In this document: positions 22,580 through 35,652 of the stretch, piece by piece
How positions within the stretch are numbered: the first letter of the stretch is position 1
How the letters are laid out: the number at the start of each line of letters is the position of its first letter
Assembly (NCBI RefSeq): GCF_032191835.1
Contig: NC_083223.1
Span: forward strand, 248,372,001-248,436,000
From: Heteronotia binoei
Lineage: Eukaryota
Length of the DNA stretch: 64,000 nt
Reading direction: 5' to 3'
Notes under the pieces: model-generated
What the model was told of the DNA's origin: nothing
Seen by the model: the letters and a program-made list of their open reading frames with translations, nothing else
The model's database searches: none
Made by a program: the position numbers and the translations under genes

Positions 22580-25500
22580 CTCTCGGCTTGGCTTCGCGAA
22601 CGAAGATTTAAGAAGGGTGCAATAGTCCACGTCTGCTGCAGGCTCGCTGGTGGCTGACAAGACCAATGCGGGACAGGCAGGTCCGGCCACAGTGGCTGCA
22701 GGGAAAAGTCTGATTTAGGGTTGGTGCTGTAGCAGTGCGATTCTTCCTCAATCTCCTTTTGTCCTCAAGACCAGCTATGCGTGCGTTCTCAAAAGAAGAG
22801 ACAGCCTGGTGGATGGTGTGCCTCCATGCTTTGCGATCTGAGGCTAGGTCAAACCACTGGTGATGGTTGATGCGACAGGTGCCAAGGGATTTCTTCAAGG
22901 AGTCCTTGTACCTCTTCTTTGGTGCCCCTCTATTTCGATGGCCGGTGGAGAGTTCGCCATACAGAGCAATCTTGGGAAGGCGGTGGTTTTCCATCCTAGA
23001 AATATGCCCTGCCCAGCGCAGCTGCGTCTTCAACAGCAGTGCCGCGATGCTGGTAACCTCCGCCCGCTTGAGAACTTCAGTGTTGGTCACAAAGTCACTC
23101 CAGTGGATGTTGAGGATGGTGCGAAGGCAGCGCTGATGAAAGCGCTCAAGGAGTCGCAGGTGATGACGGTATAAAACCCACGATTCGGAGCCATAGATGA
23201 GGGTTGTCATCACAACCGCTTTGTAAACATTGATCTTTGTGCCTTTTTTCAGATGCTTGTTGCTCCACTCTTTTGTGCAGTCGGCCAAAGGCACGGTTTG
23301 CCTTTGCCAGCCTGTTGTCAATCTCCTTGTCGATCTTAGCATCTGAGGAGATTATGCACCCCAGGTAGCTGAACTGCTGGACTGTCTTCAGAACTGATTC
23401 ACCCACAGTGATGCAGGGAGGGTGATAATCTTCCTGGGGTGCAGGCTGGTGGAGAACTTCTGTCTTCTTCAGACTAACTTCTAGGCCGAATAGCTTGGCA
23501 GCCTCTGCAAAGCAGGACGTCATATGCTGCAGAGCTGATACCGAGTGGGAGACGAGTGCAGCATCATCAGCAAACAGTAGCTCTCGGATGAGTTTTTCCA
23601 TTGTCTTGGAGTGGGCCTTTAGTCACCTCAGGTTGAACAGGCTGCCATCGGTGCGATAGCGGATGTAGACACCATCGTCATCATCTAGATCTACTGCGGC
23701 TCTTTGAAGCATCATGCTAAAGAAGATCGTAAAGAGTTGGCGCGAGAACGCAGCCTTGCTTTACACCTGTGCCTATTGGGAAGGTCTCCGAGAGGTCGTT
23801 GCAGTGTCTGACTTGGCCTCGCTGGTCTTCGTGTAGCTGGATGATCATGCTGAGGAACCTTGGGGGACATCCTAAACGTTCCAAGATTTGCCACAGGCCT
23901 TTCCTGCTAACGGTATCAAAAGCTTTGGTAAGGTCGACAAAAGTCACATACAGAGCCTTGTTCTGTTCCCTGCATTTCTCTTGGAGCTGCCTGAGAACAA
24001 ATACCATGTCGGTGGTGCTCCTGTTAGCTCTGAAGCCGCACTGGCTCTCTGGGAGGAGTTCTTCTGCAATGGCGGGCACCAGTCTGTTCAGGAGTATTCT
24101 GGCAAGGATTTTGCCTGCGATGGAGAGCAGGGTTATCCCCCGGTAGTTGGAGCAGTCTGACTTTTCCCCTTTGTTCTTGTATAGGGTGATGATGATTGCA
24201 TCGCGAAAGTCCTGTGGTAATTTGCCTTGTTCCCAGCAGGTGACAAGTACTTTGTGAAGTGAGCTATGTAGTACTGTGCCCCCATGCTTCCAGATCTCTG
24301 GTGGAATTCCATCAACTCCTGCTGCCTTGCCACTTTTCAGTTGCTCGATGGCTTTAACAGTCTCTTCTAGAGTGGGGATCTCATCCAACTCTGTTTTCAC
24401 TGGTTGAAGTGGGGTGAGGTGAATTGCTGAATCTTGAACTACGCGGTTGGCACTGAAGAGAACCTGAAAATACTCCGACCACCGGTTCAATATGGATGCC
24501 TTGTCTGTGAGGAGCACTTGGCCGTCTGCACTACGCAAGGGTCTCTGAGTCTGATATGATGGACCATATACTGCCTTCAGGGCTTCGTAGAACCCTCTTA
24601 AATCACCAGTGTCTGCACACAGCTGGGTTCTCTCAGCAAGCTTGGTCCACCACTCGTTCTGAATGTCTCGAAGCTTGCACTGGAGGTTGCTACATACAGC
24701 GCGAAAGGTTGCTTTTTTCCCAGGACAGGAGGGCTGAGCAAGATGTGCTTGGTAGGCAGATCTCTTTTTCGCCAGTAAATCTTGGATCTCTTGATTGTTC
24801 TCATCAAACCAGTCCTTGTTCTTCCTTGTGGAGAACCCGAGGACTTCTTCAGAGATCTGCAGGACGGTAGTTTTTAGGTGTTCCCAGAGTGCTTCTGGAG
24901 AAGGGTCTGTGGGGCAACTGGGGTCCTCAATTCTTGACTGGAGTTTTGCCTGGAAGGCAGCTTTAACTTCAGCTGACTGGAGACTGCCAACCTGAAACTT
25001 CCTCCAAGGGATACCTCCTCTCCTGGGTGTGGGTTTAAAGTGAAGACGGAGATTGCAGCGTACAAGACGATGATCCGTATGACATTCTGCACTGGGCATT
25101 ACTCGGGTGTGTAAGACATCTCGAAGGTCTCTCTGGCGCACCAGAATGTAGTCGATAAGGTGCCAGTGCTTGGACCGTGGGTGCATCCAGGTTGTCTTCA
25201 GACTGTTCTTCTGCTGGAAGATAGTGTTGGTGATGGTGAGCTGGTGCTCCATGCAGAATTCTAGCAGGAGGCGCCCGTTGTCATTGCAGTTGCCAATGCC
25301 GTGTTTGCCAAGTACTCCTTTCCAGGCTTCCGAGTCTTTACCTACTCTGGCATTGAAGTCGCCAAGGATGATCACCTTGTCCTCTGTAGGGGTCTTCCGT
25401 ACGAGGTTGTGTAGATCAGCATAGAACTTGTTCTTTTCTGCAGGATCTGCTTGAAGGGTTGGGGCATACACACTGAAGAGTGTTGCATGCTGCTTGTTTT

Positions 25501-26662
25501 GAAGTGGGAGGCGCATGGACATGATGCGATCTGAGTGACCTGTTGGCAGGTTTTCGAGTTTGGAGGCAATGGAGTTCCTGACCATGAAGCCCACGCCATA
25601 AAGGCGGCTCTCAGCCTTTGACTTACCGGACCAGTAGAGGGTATAGCCAGCACCGTGTTCTTGAAGACTACCTTCCTCAGGGAAACGGACCTCACTGAGA
25701 GCTGCTATGTCGATATTCAACCTGAGAAGTTCGTGGGCAACTAGAGCAGAGCGTCGTTCAGGGCGACCACTGTCTACTGTGTCAAGCATGGTTCTGATGT
25801 TCCAACACGCAAGCTTTAGTCTTTGCACACTTTGTGAGGCAGGTGCATGCCTTTTCTTTGTTGTTATTTTTTGACCGCAAGTAAGGATGCCCGTTGACCG
25901 TGGCTAGCCAACTGGGGTGGAGGAGACGAGCTTTGTTTAGGCCACCTTTTCTAGGCCCCTCTCCGTGTGGAGCAAGCAGTGCTGTCCCTAGATAAGGCTG
26001 CTTGGTCGTTCAGGGTGCTGCCGAAAAATGCTTTCGTCTCCGGGTTAGCATCAGGCGACCAATACCCTGAACCGCCTACATGCAGGATCGGGACTGCAGC
26101 TTCCAGTGGCACCTTCCACCTGCCGTTTCGCCCCTTGCCCATCGCTGCAGGACTTGATGCGTTGTGGGTTGTGTATGTGGATATGCCCTTCAGGCCTGCG
26201 CAGAGGAATTTTTTAGGTGAAGCCCAGTGTGCGCGGTGCTGGCTCCACCCTTTCACCTGGGGGGTCATCTGCCATGGCCCAGTAAGTCGGGACGCCGGCA
26301 GCGAGTCCTCCAGGTGGTAGGTGTTACATTAACGAGCTCTATCTGCCCGGGTTTGATGTTAGAGTTTTCCTTCTCTTAGGCTGGCAAGGTTGGTGGGCCC
26401 AGCCTGCCCATCCGGTTATACCGCCGGACAATTTGGTCGCACCATAACGTAGCAAACTCTGTGAAAAACGGGGGGGACCAGCGAGAAGGGGTGGGTGGGG
26501 GGGGGTGGGCTCCCTCTGGGTATCCTACCCCCCCAGAGAAAGTGTATGCGCAATACATAGCCTCTCCTCTCCCGGTGTAGTGAATGCCGCGTGGTCACTG
26601 TCTGTCTATGCCTGGCAGATGGTCACTGCAATGGCCTCTCCTGCATTACTGCATCCGTAGCA
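22580..26662 (-). mobile_element. Full-length RTE-clade LINE (RTE-1/Expander-like, not BovB), disabled
   Basis: 11-bp TSD ACTGCAAAAAT (22569-22579, 26663-26673). APE domain LACWNIRTM...IAALSEVR, RT ESQCGFR...FVDLTKAFD...GVKQGCVLAP...LLFADDAAL, C-terminal CSHCGRTC...SHQRAC. Lesions: 2-bp deletion ~23735, TGA ~23623, 2-bp deletion ~23270. 3' end tcttcgttcgcgaagccaagccgagaga. Confidence 0.95.
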
Positions 26663-27769
26663 ACTGCAAAAATAGCACTAGTTATTTTTATCTTGCCAGT
26701 GTCCCATTTAAATCGGGCCTGAAATTCTGCAGAATTATGCAGTTTACACTCATTGATTTCAATGGATTTAGACAGGAGTAATTCTGCATAGAATTGCAGC
26801 ATGAGAGAAAATTGTAGAGGACAGGTATGTTATTGTCTATCACAATGTTCATTGTATTTATTACCTTGTTTTAAATGCATTGTTGTCTACTTTCATAGAC
26901 TGCTTTTCCACTTTGAGCGAAACGACAGTTTTGATTGTTTTCTGGTTCTGTACCTATAAGCCGCCCTGAGCCCGTTACGGAAGGGCGGGATATAAATTTG
27001 ATTAAATAAGTAAAAGAATCCTATTGCATTGTTCACTGGATGTCTTTTAAAATACTTTGTAATCTTCCTTGAGTCTCAAAAAGAGAAGGCAACAAATGAA
27101 GCAAATAAATTAATAAAATCCATGGCTATTAGCCACAATAGCTAAATAAAGCCTCCAAAGTCAGAGGCAGTGCATCTCTGAATACTGGGCAGAGGAGATC
27201 AACAGCTGGGAAGGGCTACTGTGCTCTACAGGCATCAGAAAACACCCCTTATGTCTTTTATTTGCATCAGCCAAAATGCCGCAAAACATCGTATGCATCC
27301 TGTTTCCCACAGTGGCTGCGAGAAACCGGAAGGATGCCGGGGTAGATATTCCTTCTTACTGTCTCTCTCCCGATGCAGTTAATAGCTTGTATCCAGTTGC
27401 TACTAGTCATGACCGGTGAACTGGGGTAGGGAGCGGAAGCTTCAAAAAGTGCAACTCTCACAAAAGAAAACCCAGGCGAATGATCCCAAGCATCCGTTCA
27501 ATAGATAGAAAAGCAAAGGGGCGGTGTCAACATTACCCACGTGTTGCAGTCCCTTTAAAGGGACGTACCATGCCATCTGCTAAGGAGGGGTATATGTAGT
27601 GTAAAGGAGAGGAAATCCCTCTCCTGGCTTTCTCCCGCTGTTCAGAGGTTTCCTAAGAGGTTGGATCCAAGATGCACTATATCCATCCCTTGCCATAGCA
27701 GCAGAAAGACTGCCTTTTCTCTCCACAGTCCTTGTTGTCTCCCCTCCCTTGCTCCGGCACTTGGTCCTT

Positions 27770-28230
27770 CCTGAGCCGATCCATTCGGTGCAATAAGAGG
27801 GGGGGGGAGGACCGCGTACGAGAGAGGCGGCCAACCCCCCTCTCCCCGCCCACAGTAGTGCGGCCTCCTCCCCCAGTCCCCTGCAAGATGGCGGTGTTTG
27901 CGGGGCTCCGTTCCGGCCTCAGTCGGAGGTAGCAGCGGACCTGGGGCCAGGCGACAGGGGGCGGCGATGCACTTCTCCATCCCGGAGACCGAGACCCGCG
28001 CCGGGGAAGGCGGCAACGGAGCCTACGTGGTGGGTGTCGCGGGGGGGAGGGAAGCCACAGCCTTCTTGCTCCTCTGCCGTCGCGGGCCGGGGGGGGGGGG
28101 GCGGGCGAACGGGGAGGTGGCGATGCTGCCCCCTCTGCACGCCCGGCGCTCTGGTGTTCACTGTGGGGTAAGAAGATATTGGGTTGTACCCGATGGGCTT
28201 CCCGGTCCCTTTTCCGTTATGAGAGTGGTG
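27770..28230 (+). promoter_or_regulatory. CpG-island promoter of SNX17
   Basis: CpG-rich; YY1-type CAAGATGGCGG 27884-27894 and GC box upstream of ATG 27967. Confidence 0.75.
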
Positions 28231-31200
28231 TGCTTGGCCACCCTCTCGCTGCTGGAGCTGGAAGGGGCTGCTGCCTACCTGCACGGAATCTCAAACACAC
28301 AACGCTGCACCGGCTGTGGCATCAGGTGGTCCCGGGTCCTGTTTTTAGCAGCTGGCATGCTTTTTTCCTTCACGTCACCTCCGCAAGTTCCCTGCAAACC
28401 CACAGAAGCTGCTGGAGCAAGGCTTTTTGGGAGGCAGCTCTGTTGGTTCGCGCCTGCGCCCATTCCCCTCCTTGCTTATTCTTTCCCAGCGTTACTTTGC
28501 AAGTTATGTGTCGGAGGTATGAAGCTCGCGGAAGGATTTCTCTGCTAACCTATCAATTCGTTTTGCCTTTATCCCTGATAACGGGATTCTAGTCTGGACA
28601 AACACATTAAAAACAGCACCACACAAGCCTCCAAAATAATCAAAACAGCCTCGAGTCCAATAGTGATACTGGCCCTTGAAGACATCCCAGAAATGTTAAA
28701 GCATTCATTTACATTCTGGAGGACTCAAAATCTCTTTTATAAAGTCCTGTTTTACAATCCCTAATATAGCCCTTCTAGTAGAGTAGGGAAGAGTTTTGTG
28801 TTTGTGATTTTTCCAGCCTTTCTCTCCCAGTTAGGTAACTCTTCTGCAGCCATTACCAAACCACAGTATGTGACCATTTTCTTGCTGTTAAGATGTATGA
28901 AACTGTCTGATAGAGAGCCCGGTCCATTGGTCTGCATTGCCCAGAATTGTTTGCTCTGGCTGGCAGAGATTTTTCAAGGGCTCAGGCAGAGAAAATATTT
29001 CCCAACATCTGCAATCTGAGATCCTTTCACTGGAGATTGAACCAGGAACCTTCTGCAATCACGGCTGGTGCTCTGGAGTGAGCTGTGGCTTCCAACTTGT
29101 GTAGTTTGTTTAAATGCCTTTGACAACTTTTGCAAGAAGCAAGCAGTAACTGCTCTGTAGCTGCCTTCAGCCTTCCTCTTTCAGTAGCTTTTTTTTCCTT
29201 AGTATTTTTTATTAAATAGTCTTCACCTGTTTCTACTTGAGACCTAATGGGGAGAGCCTCTCTCTGGATTACCCTTTCCTACCTAGCATGTTGCTGAGCT
29301 GCTTGTTTGATATGTATATGCATGCATAGTATGCAGTTGATGTGTACAAAGATGACTGCTGGTATTACTCATTAATCTGGGTTCCTTCTCTGCTGCTTCT
29401 GTGCTGGGGGACTGAGCAACTGTTTCCATTCCTCTCAAGGTCTTCTTGGAAGAGGGAGTGCTACAGCTTCTGCTTCACTTGTGATGGTACCTTTCTCTGG
29501 AAGTGATAGCAAGCATGTTTTTCATCAGTCTTTTCCTCCTTCTGTTGTGTACACTTCTTGTAGAAGCCATGCAAGTAGTTGTATGAAGAAAATTGGCTTA
29601 TGCTGGAACCACACCATTGGTCTGCTAAAGTCAGCCTTGTCTATTCTGACTGGCAGTGGTCCTTCATGTTACCCTTTTAACTAGATTGAAAACAAGACAT
29701 TCCATGTGCAGTCTGAAGGGCTGCAGAACAAAGCTTTGTAGAAGAGGCTTTGGCTGTCGTAAATGAGTGCTTTAACATTTCTATATGCAGGGCTTTTTTG
29801 TAGCAGGAACTCCTTTGCATATTAGGCCACACACCCCTGATGTAGCCAATCTTCCAAGAGCTTACAGGGCCTACTGTAAGCTCTTGGAGGATTGGCTACA
29901 TGAAGGGGTGTGTGGCCTAATATGCAAAGGAGTTCCTGCTACAAAAAAGCCCTGTCTATATGTCTTGAAGGGCAAAGAGCACTGTTGGACTCAGATATTT
30001 CAGGCACACACTCTCGTTCAGTTCAGGGAATGTAGTTTTCTTAGGATGAATGTTGCCTTAGAAGACTGTATTATGCTAGCCTGTGGTAATCTTCCTTTTC
30101 CCTTTCCCCTTCTGTCATTTATTTTCCAGTGCAAAGCAGAATATCCATATGCACCAGCACCTCTTTTGCCCCTTAGAGGTTGATCTACTTCAGGGCCTCT
30201 TGAGCCTTTATGCTGGGAGCTAAGGCATCTTTGGCTAGGCTTGGCCAGGGATCTGCAGCCCTTTCACAGTCCAGGCAGAGTTGTCATGGGGTTGATAGGA
30301 TATCTCTTACCTGGGAATTCTTGCCAGGTCCTACCACCCCAGTGGGGGACAGCTGGCAGGGCTTCCTCTCCCCAAATTGGGTCTCTTCAGCCTATCCTTA
30401 CTGTGTGTCCAGCTGTTGCCTGCATTCCTGATGCTGCCTTCTTTCACCCCGGCAGGCCTACAATATCCACGTGAACGGTGTCTTGCACTGCCAAGTACGG
30501 TATAGTCAGCTGCTGGGCCTGCATGAACAGGTGAGGAGCTGGGAGGGGGAGAGGTGCTGGAATCTGCCATTAGAGTTATGAGGCTTCTAGGATGCAGGAT
30601 GTGCTCCCAGCCTTGCGAAACTGCAAATGGTGAAGCTGTGTTAAGTGTCTTTTCTGGTATGCTGGCTTCTACTACTACCATGAGACAGAGGTGACTCCAC
30701 AGGGAGTTCCTGTTCTGAAGCCAGGGTGAGGTGTGACAGCCCTCTGCCAAAATTCGAATGGCAAAATGAAGAGCCATTCTTGACTCCTTTAGAGGTGTCC
30801 TTGTCTTTCTGCAGTTAAGGAAAGAATATGGTGCCAACGTGGTACCAGCCTTCCCCCCAAAGAAGATCTTCACACTCACCCCAGCAGAGGTGGAGCAACG
30901 ACGGGAACAGCTGGAGAAGTATATGCAGGCTGGTGAGTGACATGAGTCTACCTTCTACTGAGTCAGCCTTGTCTACTTGGACAGGTGGTGGCTTGCAGGA
31001 CCTCAGACAGGGGTCTTTTGCCTCTGCTACCTGATCCTTTTAGCTGGAGATGGCAAGGCTGAACCTGGGACCTTGTGCCTGCAAAACAGATGCTGTACTG
31101 CGAAGCCACCCTCCCCTAAGTTTTCTAAACAGCTGTTGAAGTCTGGAAAGGTGTTGGGAGAAGGAGGAGTTGAGACATCTAAGCAAAGGCACTGTCCTGA

Positions 31201-34200
31201 TGGGGAGGGAGTGGAACATTTTGGGCTGACCATGACCTCTTTTGTTAAACCCCAGTACGACAGGACCACTTGCTGGGAGGCAGCGAGATCTTCAACAGCT
31301 TCCTGCGCAGAGCTCAGCAGGTGAGAAAGGACAGGGGGCAGCTTTTTTTTTTGGAGTGGGGGTGAGTGTTGGAGGTAAGGGTTAGAGTGTTGCAAATAGA
31401 GGTGAACAGACCACGATCCCTGTGTGCCCTCAGGAGACCCAGCAGATCCCTACTGAAGAGGTGCAACTGGAAGTGCTTCTGTCCAATGGGCAGAAGGTGA
31501 AGGTCAACATCCTCACCTCGGATCAAACCGAGGATGTCCTCGAGGTGAGCGCCTTCCTGGGGGTGGCAGCACCTGTTAAGTGGAGAATCAGCAGAGGTGG
31601 GAAATGGTCAGTAAGATCAGAAGTTTTTTCATCTCGGTCATTGGTCAGTAAAGTCAGTATTTCTTGCTTTTGTGAATACAATTTGTGGGGGGGGGGTTGT
31701 TTTCATTACTGCATGGGGGAGGAGAAGAGGACAAGAAAAAATGCTTGCAGATGCAGTGCAGAAAAATTGAGAAATGAGAGTTAATAACCTTTTCCAGCAA
31801 AAAAACCAAAGATAAGTAAAAGCAAAGACAAGTCTTACAGTAATTGTTTTATCATAATGATTATTTTATGTATGATTTTTAACATGTTTTATTATTTGTT
31901 ATTTCTTAAATCCATCCCTGTAAACAGAGCTCGGGGGGGCAGTGTACAACAATAAATATTCTATAGGTTAAAACATTAAAATTACATTTAAATATCAGCC
32001 AAATATTCTATAGGTTAAAACATTAAAATTACATTTAAATATCAGCCAAATTTGCTCAAATGGGGATCTAAATTTCTAATTATACTACCACCTTGTTGGG
32101 AGGCAGGGAATAACAGCCAGACGAATGCCAGACATTAAGGGCCATAAAGACAAGCACTGAAACCTTGAATTTCAACTGGTAACCAGTGCAGTTCAAGCAG
32201 CACAAGACGAATGTGTGCTGTTCATGAGGTCCCCATAAGGACCCGTGTAGCTGCATTCTGTACCAGCTGGAGTTTCTGGGTCAGTCTCAAGGATCAGCCC
32301 ATGTAGAGCAAATTACAGTAGTCCAATCTGGAGGTAACTGTTGCATGGATTACTGTGCCTAGGTCAGGCAGAAGAGTTAGGGAGCCAGTTGCCTAACCTG
32401 GTGAAGCTGGAAAAATGCCAGTCTGGCAACATTTGTGATCTGGACCTCCATTGATCTGGGCATCTGAATCACACCCAGGCTCTTGACAGTTGGTGCTAGT
32501 GTTAAGGGCATGCCGCAAGACTTGGAAGTTGGCACCCCAACCCTGAATCCTCCCTGCCCAGCCACAGAACCTGTTTTAGTAGGATTTAGTCTCCGCCAGC
32601 TCTGCTTTAACCATCCCACTATAGCCTCCAACCCCTCGGCCCAGGGCTCTTTTTCTGGAAAAAGAGGTGCTGGAACTCTCAAGAGGGAAATGAAGGAGAA
32701 ACACACGGGTGCCCCTCATGAACTTTTAAACATGTTTTGAGAATTTTGTTTCCACAAAAAGGTTCCAGAACTCTGTTCCGCCACATTCCCTTCAGAAAAA
32801 AAGTCCTGCCTCAGCCAAACCTAATAGAACAGCATACAGCCGGCCACCCATCAACAGTTGTAGCTGGGGTGCAGCGTGTTGGTGACACCCCAGCCTGAAA
32901 CGTTTTTTTGCTATTATCTGCAGTATGCAGTCAGTTTTAAAAGGGAATCTTTTTTGCCTTAAATTTTGTACAATAATGAAAACATTGGCCTATCTTCATA
33001 AAAACATAATTTCAATAAAAAGAGGTGCAGCGACTGGCTATGGGTATGGTGGAGTCCAGATAATAATTTTTAATGAAGTCCCAGTTTTGTTTTATCAATG
33101 GACTGAAATTAAATTCTTCAGTAATTTGTCAGTTTGGGGCCAGTCTTTTTGGAATTTTGGCCAGTAAAATCAGTAATTTTTGACCCTTTGACTGGTTTCC
33201 ACCATGAATGCGATGCTGAAAAATTACATCTTCAAAATGTTTCTTGTCCTTCTCAAATCAAGCTCTTTGTGAAAGGGTGTGACAAAGCAGCATCTTCTGG
33301 CTTGCTCCCTCTGTCATGTCTGCAACCAGGACAGCCTTTCCCAAGCTACAGCTGTAGGAAGAGTTCAGATTATGGTGACTCCCTCCCATTGTTTTCAGGC
33401 TGTAGCCTCCAAGCTGGACCTGCCAGAGGACTTGATTGGCTACTTCCACCTCTTCCTGGTACGAGAAGCCAAGGACGGAGCCTTTTCCTGTGAGTGTCCT
33501 CTCTTGCTGGCCCTGCTGTGTGATGCTGGGGGGAGGGGGGGAATAACTGGTTGTGTGCGAGAACTGGAGGGGGGGGCATTGCAGTGGGTGTGCTGCAGCC
33601 CAGCTTTTTCTGAGCCATCTTCTCTTCCAGTCATTCGGAAACTGCAGGAGTTTGAACTGCCGTACGTGTCTGTTACCAGCCTCCGCAACCCAGACTACAA
33701 GATCCTTCTGCGGAAAAGGTACATGGGAGCGCAGGGCAGAAAGAGCAGCAAGCAATGATCAGTTGTGATCTGATTGAGCAACCCCATGAAATCTAGCTAA
33801 GGGTCACCTTTCCTGTACTCTCCCCTCTCCCTCAACCAGCTACTGGGACTCAGCCTACGATGATGATGTCATGGAGCAGCGGGTGGGGCTGAACCTGTTA
33901 TATGCCCAGGTGAGAGGATCTGGCTCTTGTAGGGAGTGTGGAGAAGGGAGCCGACAGCAAGCAGTGCGGCACTGTCTACTTTCTCTTTCTGCCCATCTCT
34001 TCACAGACAGTAGCAGACATTGAGCAGGGCTGGATACTCGCCAGCAAGGAACAGCACCGACAGCTGAAGTCCTTGCAGGAGAAGGTCTCCAAGAAGGAGG
34101 TGGGCCCCCCTTCCCCTGTAAGCAGAATCTCTCTGGCACTAGTTTTAAGCTGCTTCTGACTCCTTGGCTTCCTCAGTGGCAGTCAAGGTGGGAAATCAGG

Positions 34201-35652
34201 CAGCAGTGACAGATAGGTGGGCTCTTGTGCCAACGCTCCCTTTTCTTCTTTTCACGCCACAGTTCATCCGCCTGGCGCAGACTCTCAAGTATTATGGTTA
34301 TCTCAAATTCGACCCCTGTATTACCGACTTTCCAGAGAAAGGCTGCCATGTCATTGTCGGAGCTGGGAACAGCGAGCTGAACTTCCAGGTCAAGTTGCCG
34401 AATGACCAAATCAAAGAGGGGAGTTTCAAAGTGACCCGCATGCGCTGCTGGCGGGTTACTTCCTCGGTGAGTAAAGCTGTGAAGCTACCTTAGTCTGACG
34501 AGACCCTGTTTTCTGGTGCAAAGCAGCAGAAGCTTTCGGGACAGGCAGAGAACAGTCTTCCCCAGCCCAGCTATTGGGAGTTCCTAAAGAACAAACCTGG
34601 AAACTTCTGCATCTGCTCTGCTTCTAGGAAGCTAGCTGGTACCCCTTCTGCAGCCACATGTGCTTGAGCTTCAGGCTCTCACACTGCACATTTTTCAGGT
34701 CCCTGTGAACAATGGTACATCAGGCCCAGCAGCTGGCAAGTCGGATGTGAAACTGGAACTGGCCTTTGAGTATTTGATGAGCAAGGACCGCCTGCAGTGG
34801 GTGACTATCACCAGCCCACAAGTAGGTATCCAGTGGGGGGGGATGGGGGACCTTGGCAGGGGTTTCATCTCTTATTTGCATTTTCAAAGCTTCTAGGAGG
34901 GGAGAGAAAAAACTGCAAAATTGAGACTTAAGCTTCTTCCCCCCCCCCCCCCCCTTTAAGGCTATAATGCTGAGCATCTGTCTGCAGTCTATGGTGGATG
35001 AGCTGATGGTGAAGAAGTCAGGAGGCAGCATCCGCAAGGTCAGAGTTGGTTCCAGCAGGCTTTTAGGAGCTTTAGTTGGGCGGGGGCGGGGGGGGACAGA
35101 ACAATCATTTTTCCTCTTTAGAACCTTGGAAAGGAAAGGCTGGAGCAGAGCCCTATAAATGCTGCATATTCAGATGCTTTGGTGTCATTTCCCTTTCAGA
35201 TGTTCCGAAGGCGAGCCAATGGTGCCCTGCAGCGTTCGGACAGCCAACAGGCAGTGAAGTCGCCTCCACTTCTGGTAAGTAAGCCTCATCCCTGGATCTC
35301 TCTCTCCTTTACCCCATTTGGGGCATATATTGTTTTCATCCCTCTAATACATCTGCTTGTCCTGCCAGGATTCTCCTGACGCCAATAGGGAATCAATTGC
35401 AAAGGTCTCGGTAAGTCACATTGCCTTGTGTCATTATTCCCATAGGATGGAGACCAGTCTCTGCTTGGGGGGGGGGGGGAGGCCTGGAAAGTGGAGGAGG
35501 GCAACATTTCTAATTCCTTTTTCTTCCTGCAGAGCAAGCTCAGCTCTGTCAGCCTGCGGGCAATCAGCCATTCCAGCTCTTCCACTGACATCCGGGCCAA
35601 CGACTTCCACGGCAACTTTGCCTTTGAAGGCATTGGCGACGAGGACCTTTAG
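27967..35652 (+). CDS. SNX17: Sorting nexin-17 (471 aa, 15 coding exons)
   Basis: Exons: 27967-28029, 30456-30530, 30815-30932, 31256-31320, 31434-31544, 33399-33489, 33631-33718, 33840-33909, 34007-34099, 34263-34466, 34699-34821, 34961-35038, 35200-35274, 35369-35410, 35533-35652; GT-AG, 1416 nt. MHFSIPETE...AYNIHVNG (PX domain), FERM-like KVTRMRCWRVTSS, and C-terminal HGNFAFEGIGDEDL match SNX17. Confidence 0.98.
29788..29954. mobile_element. Nearly fully palindromic 167-bp hAT MITE with perfect TSD
   Basis: CAGGGCTTTTTTGTAGCAGGAACTCCTTTGCATATTAGGCC...GGCCTAATATGCAAAGGAGTTCCTGCTACAAAAAAGCCCTG; 8-bp TSD TCTATATG on both sides. Confidence 0.93.
31954..32047. repeat. Exact 47-bp tandem duplication
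   Basis: aaatattctataggttaaaacattaaaattacatttaaatatcagcc x2. Confidence 0.95.
32080..32880 (-). mobile_element. Degenerate L2 fragment interrupted by a hAT MITE (32642-32808)
   Basis: Minus-strand GLEAIVGWL...LNPTKT...VKSLGV...AFFQLHQVRQLAP (L2); insert CAGGGCTC...AAAGTCCTG with TSD cctcggcc/cctcagcc. Confidence 0.8.
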
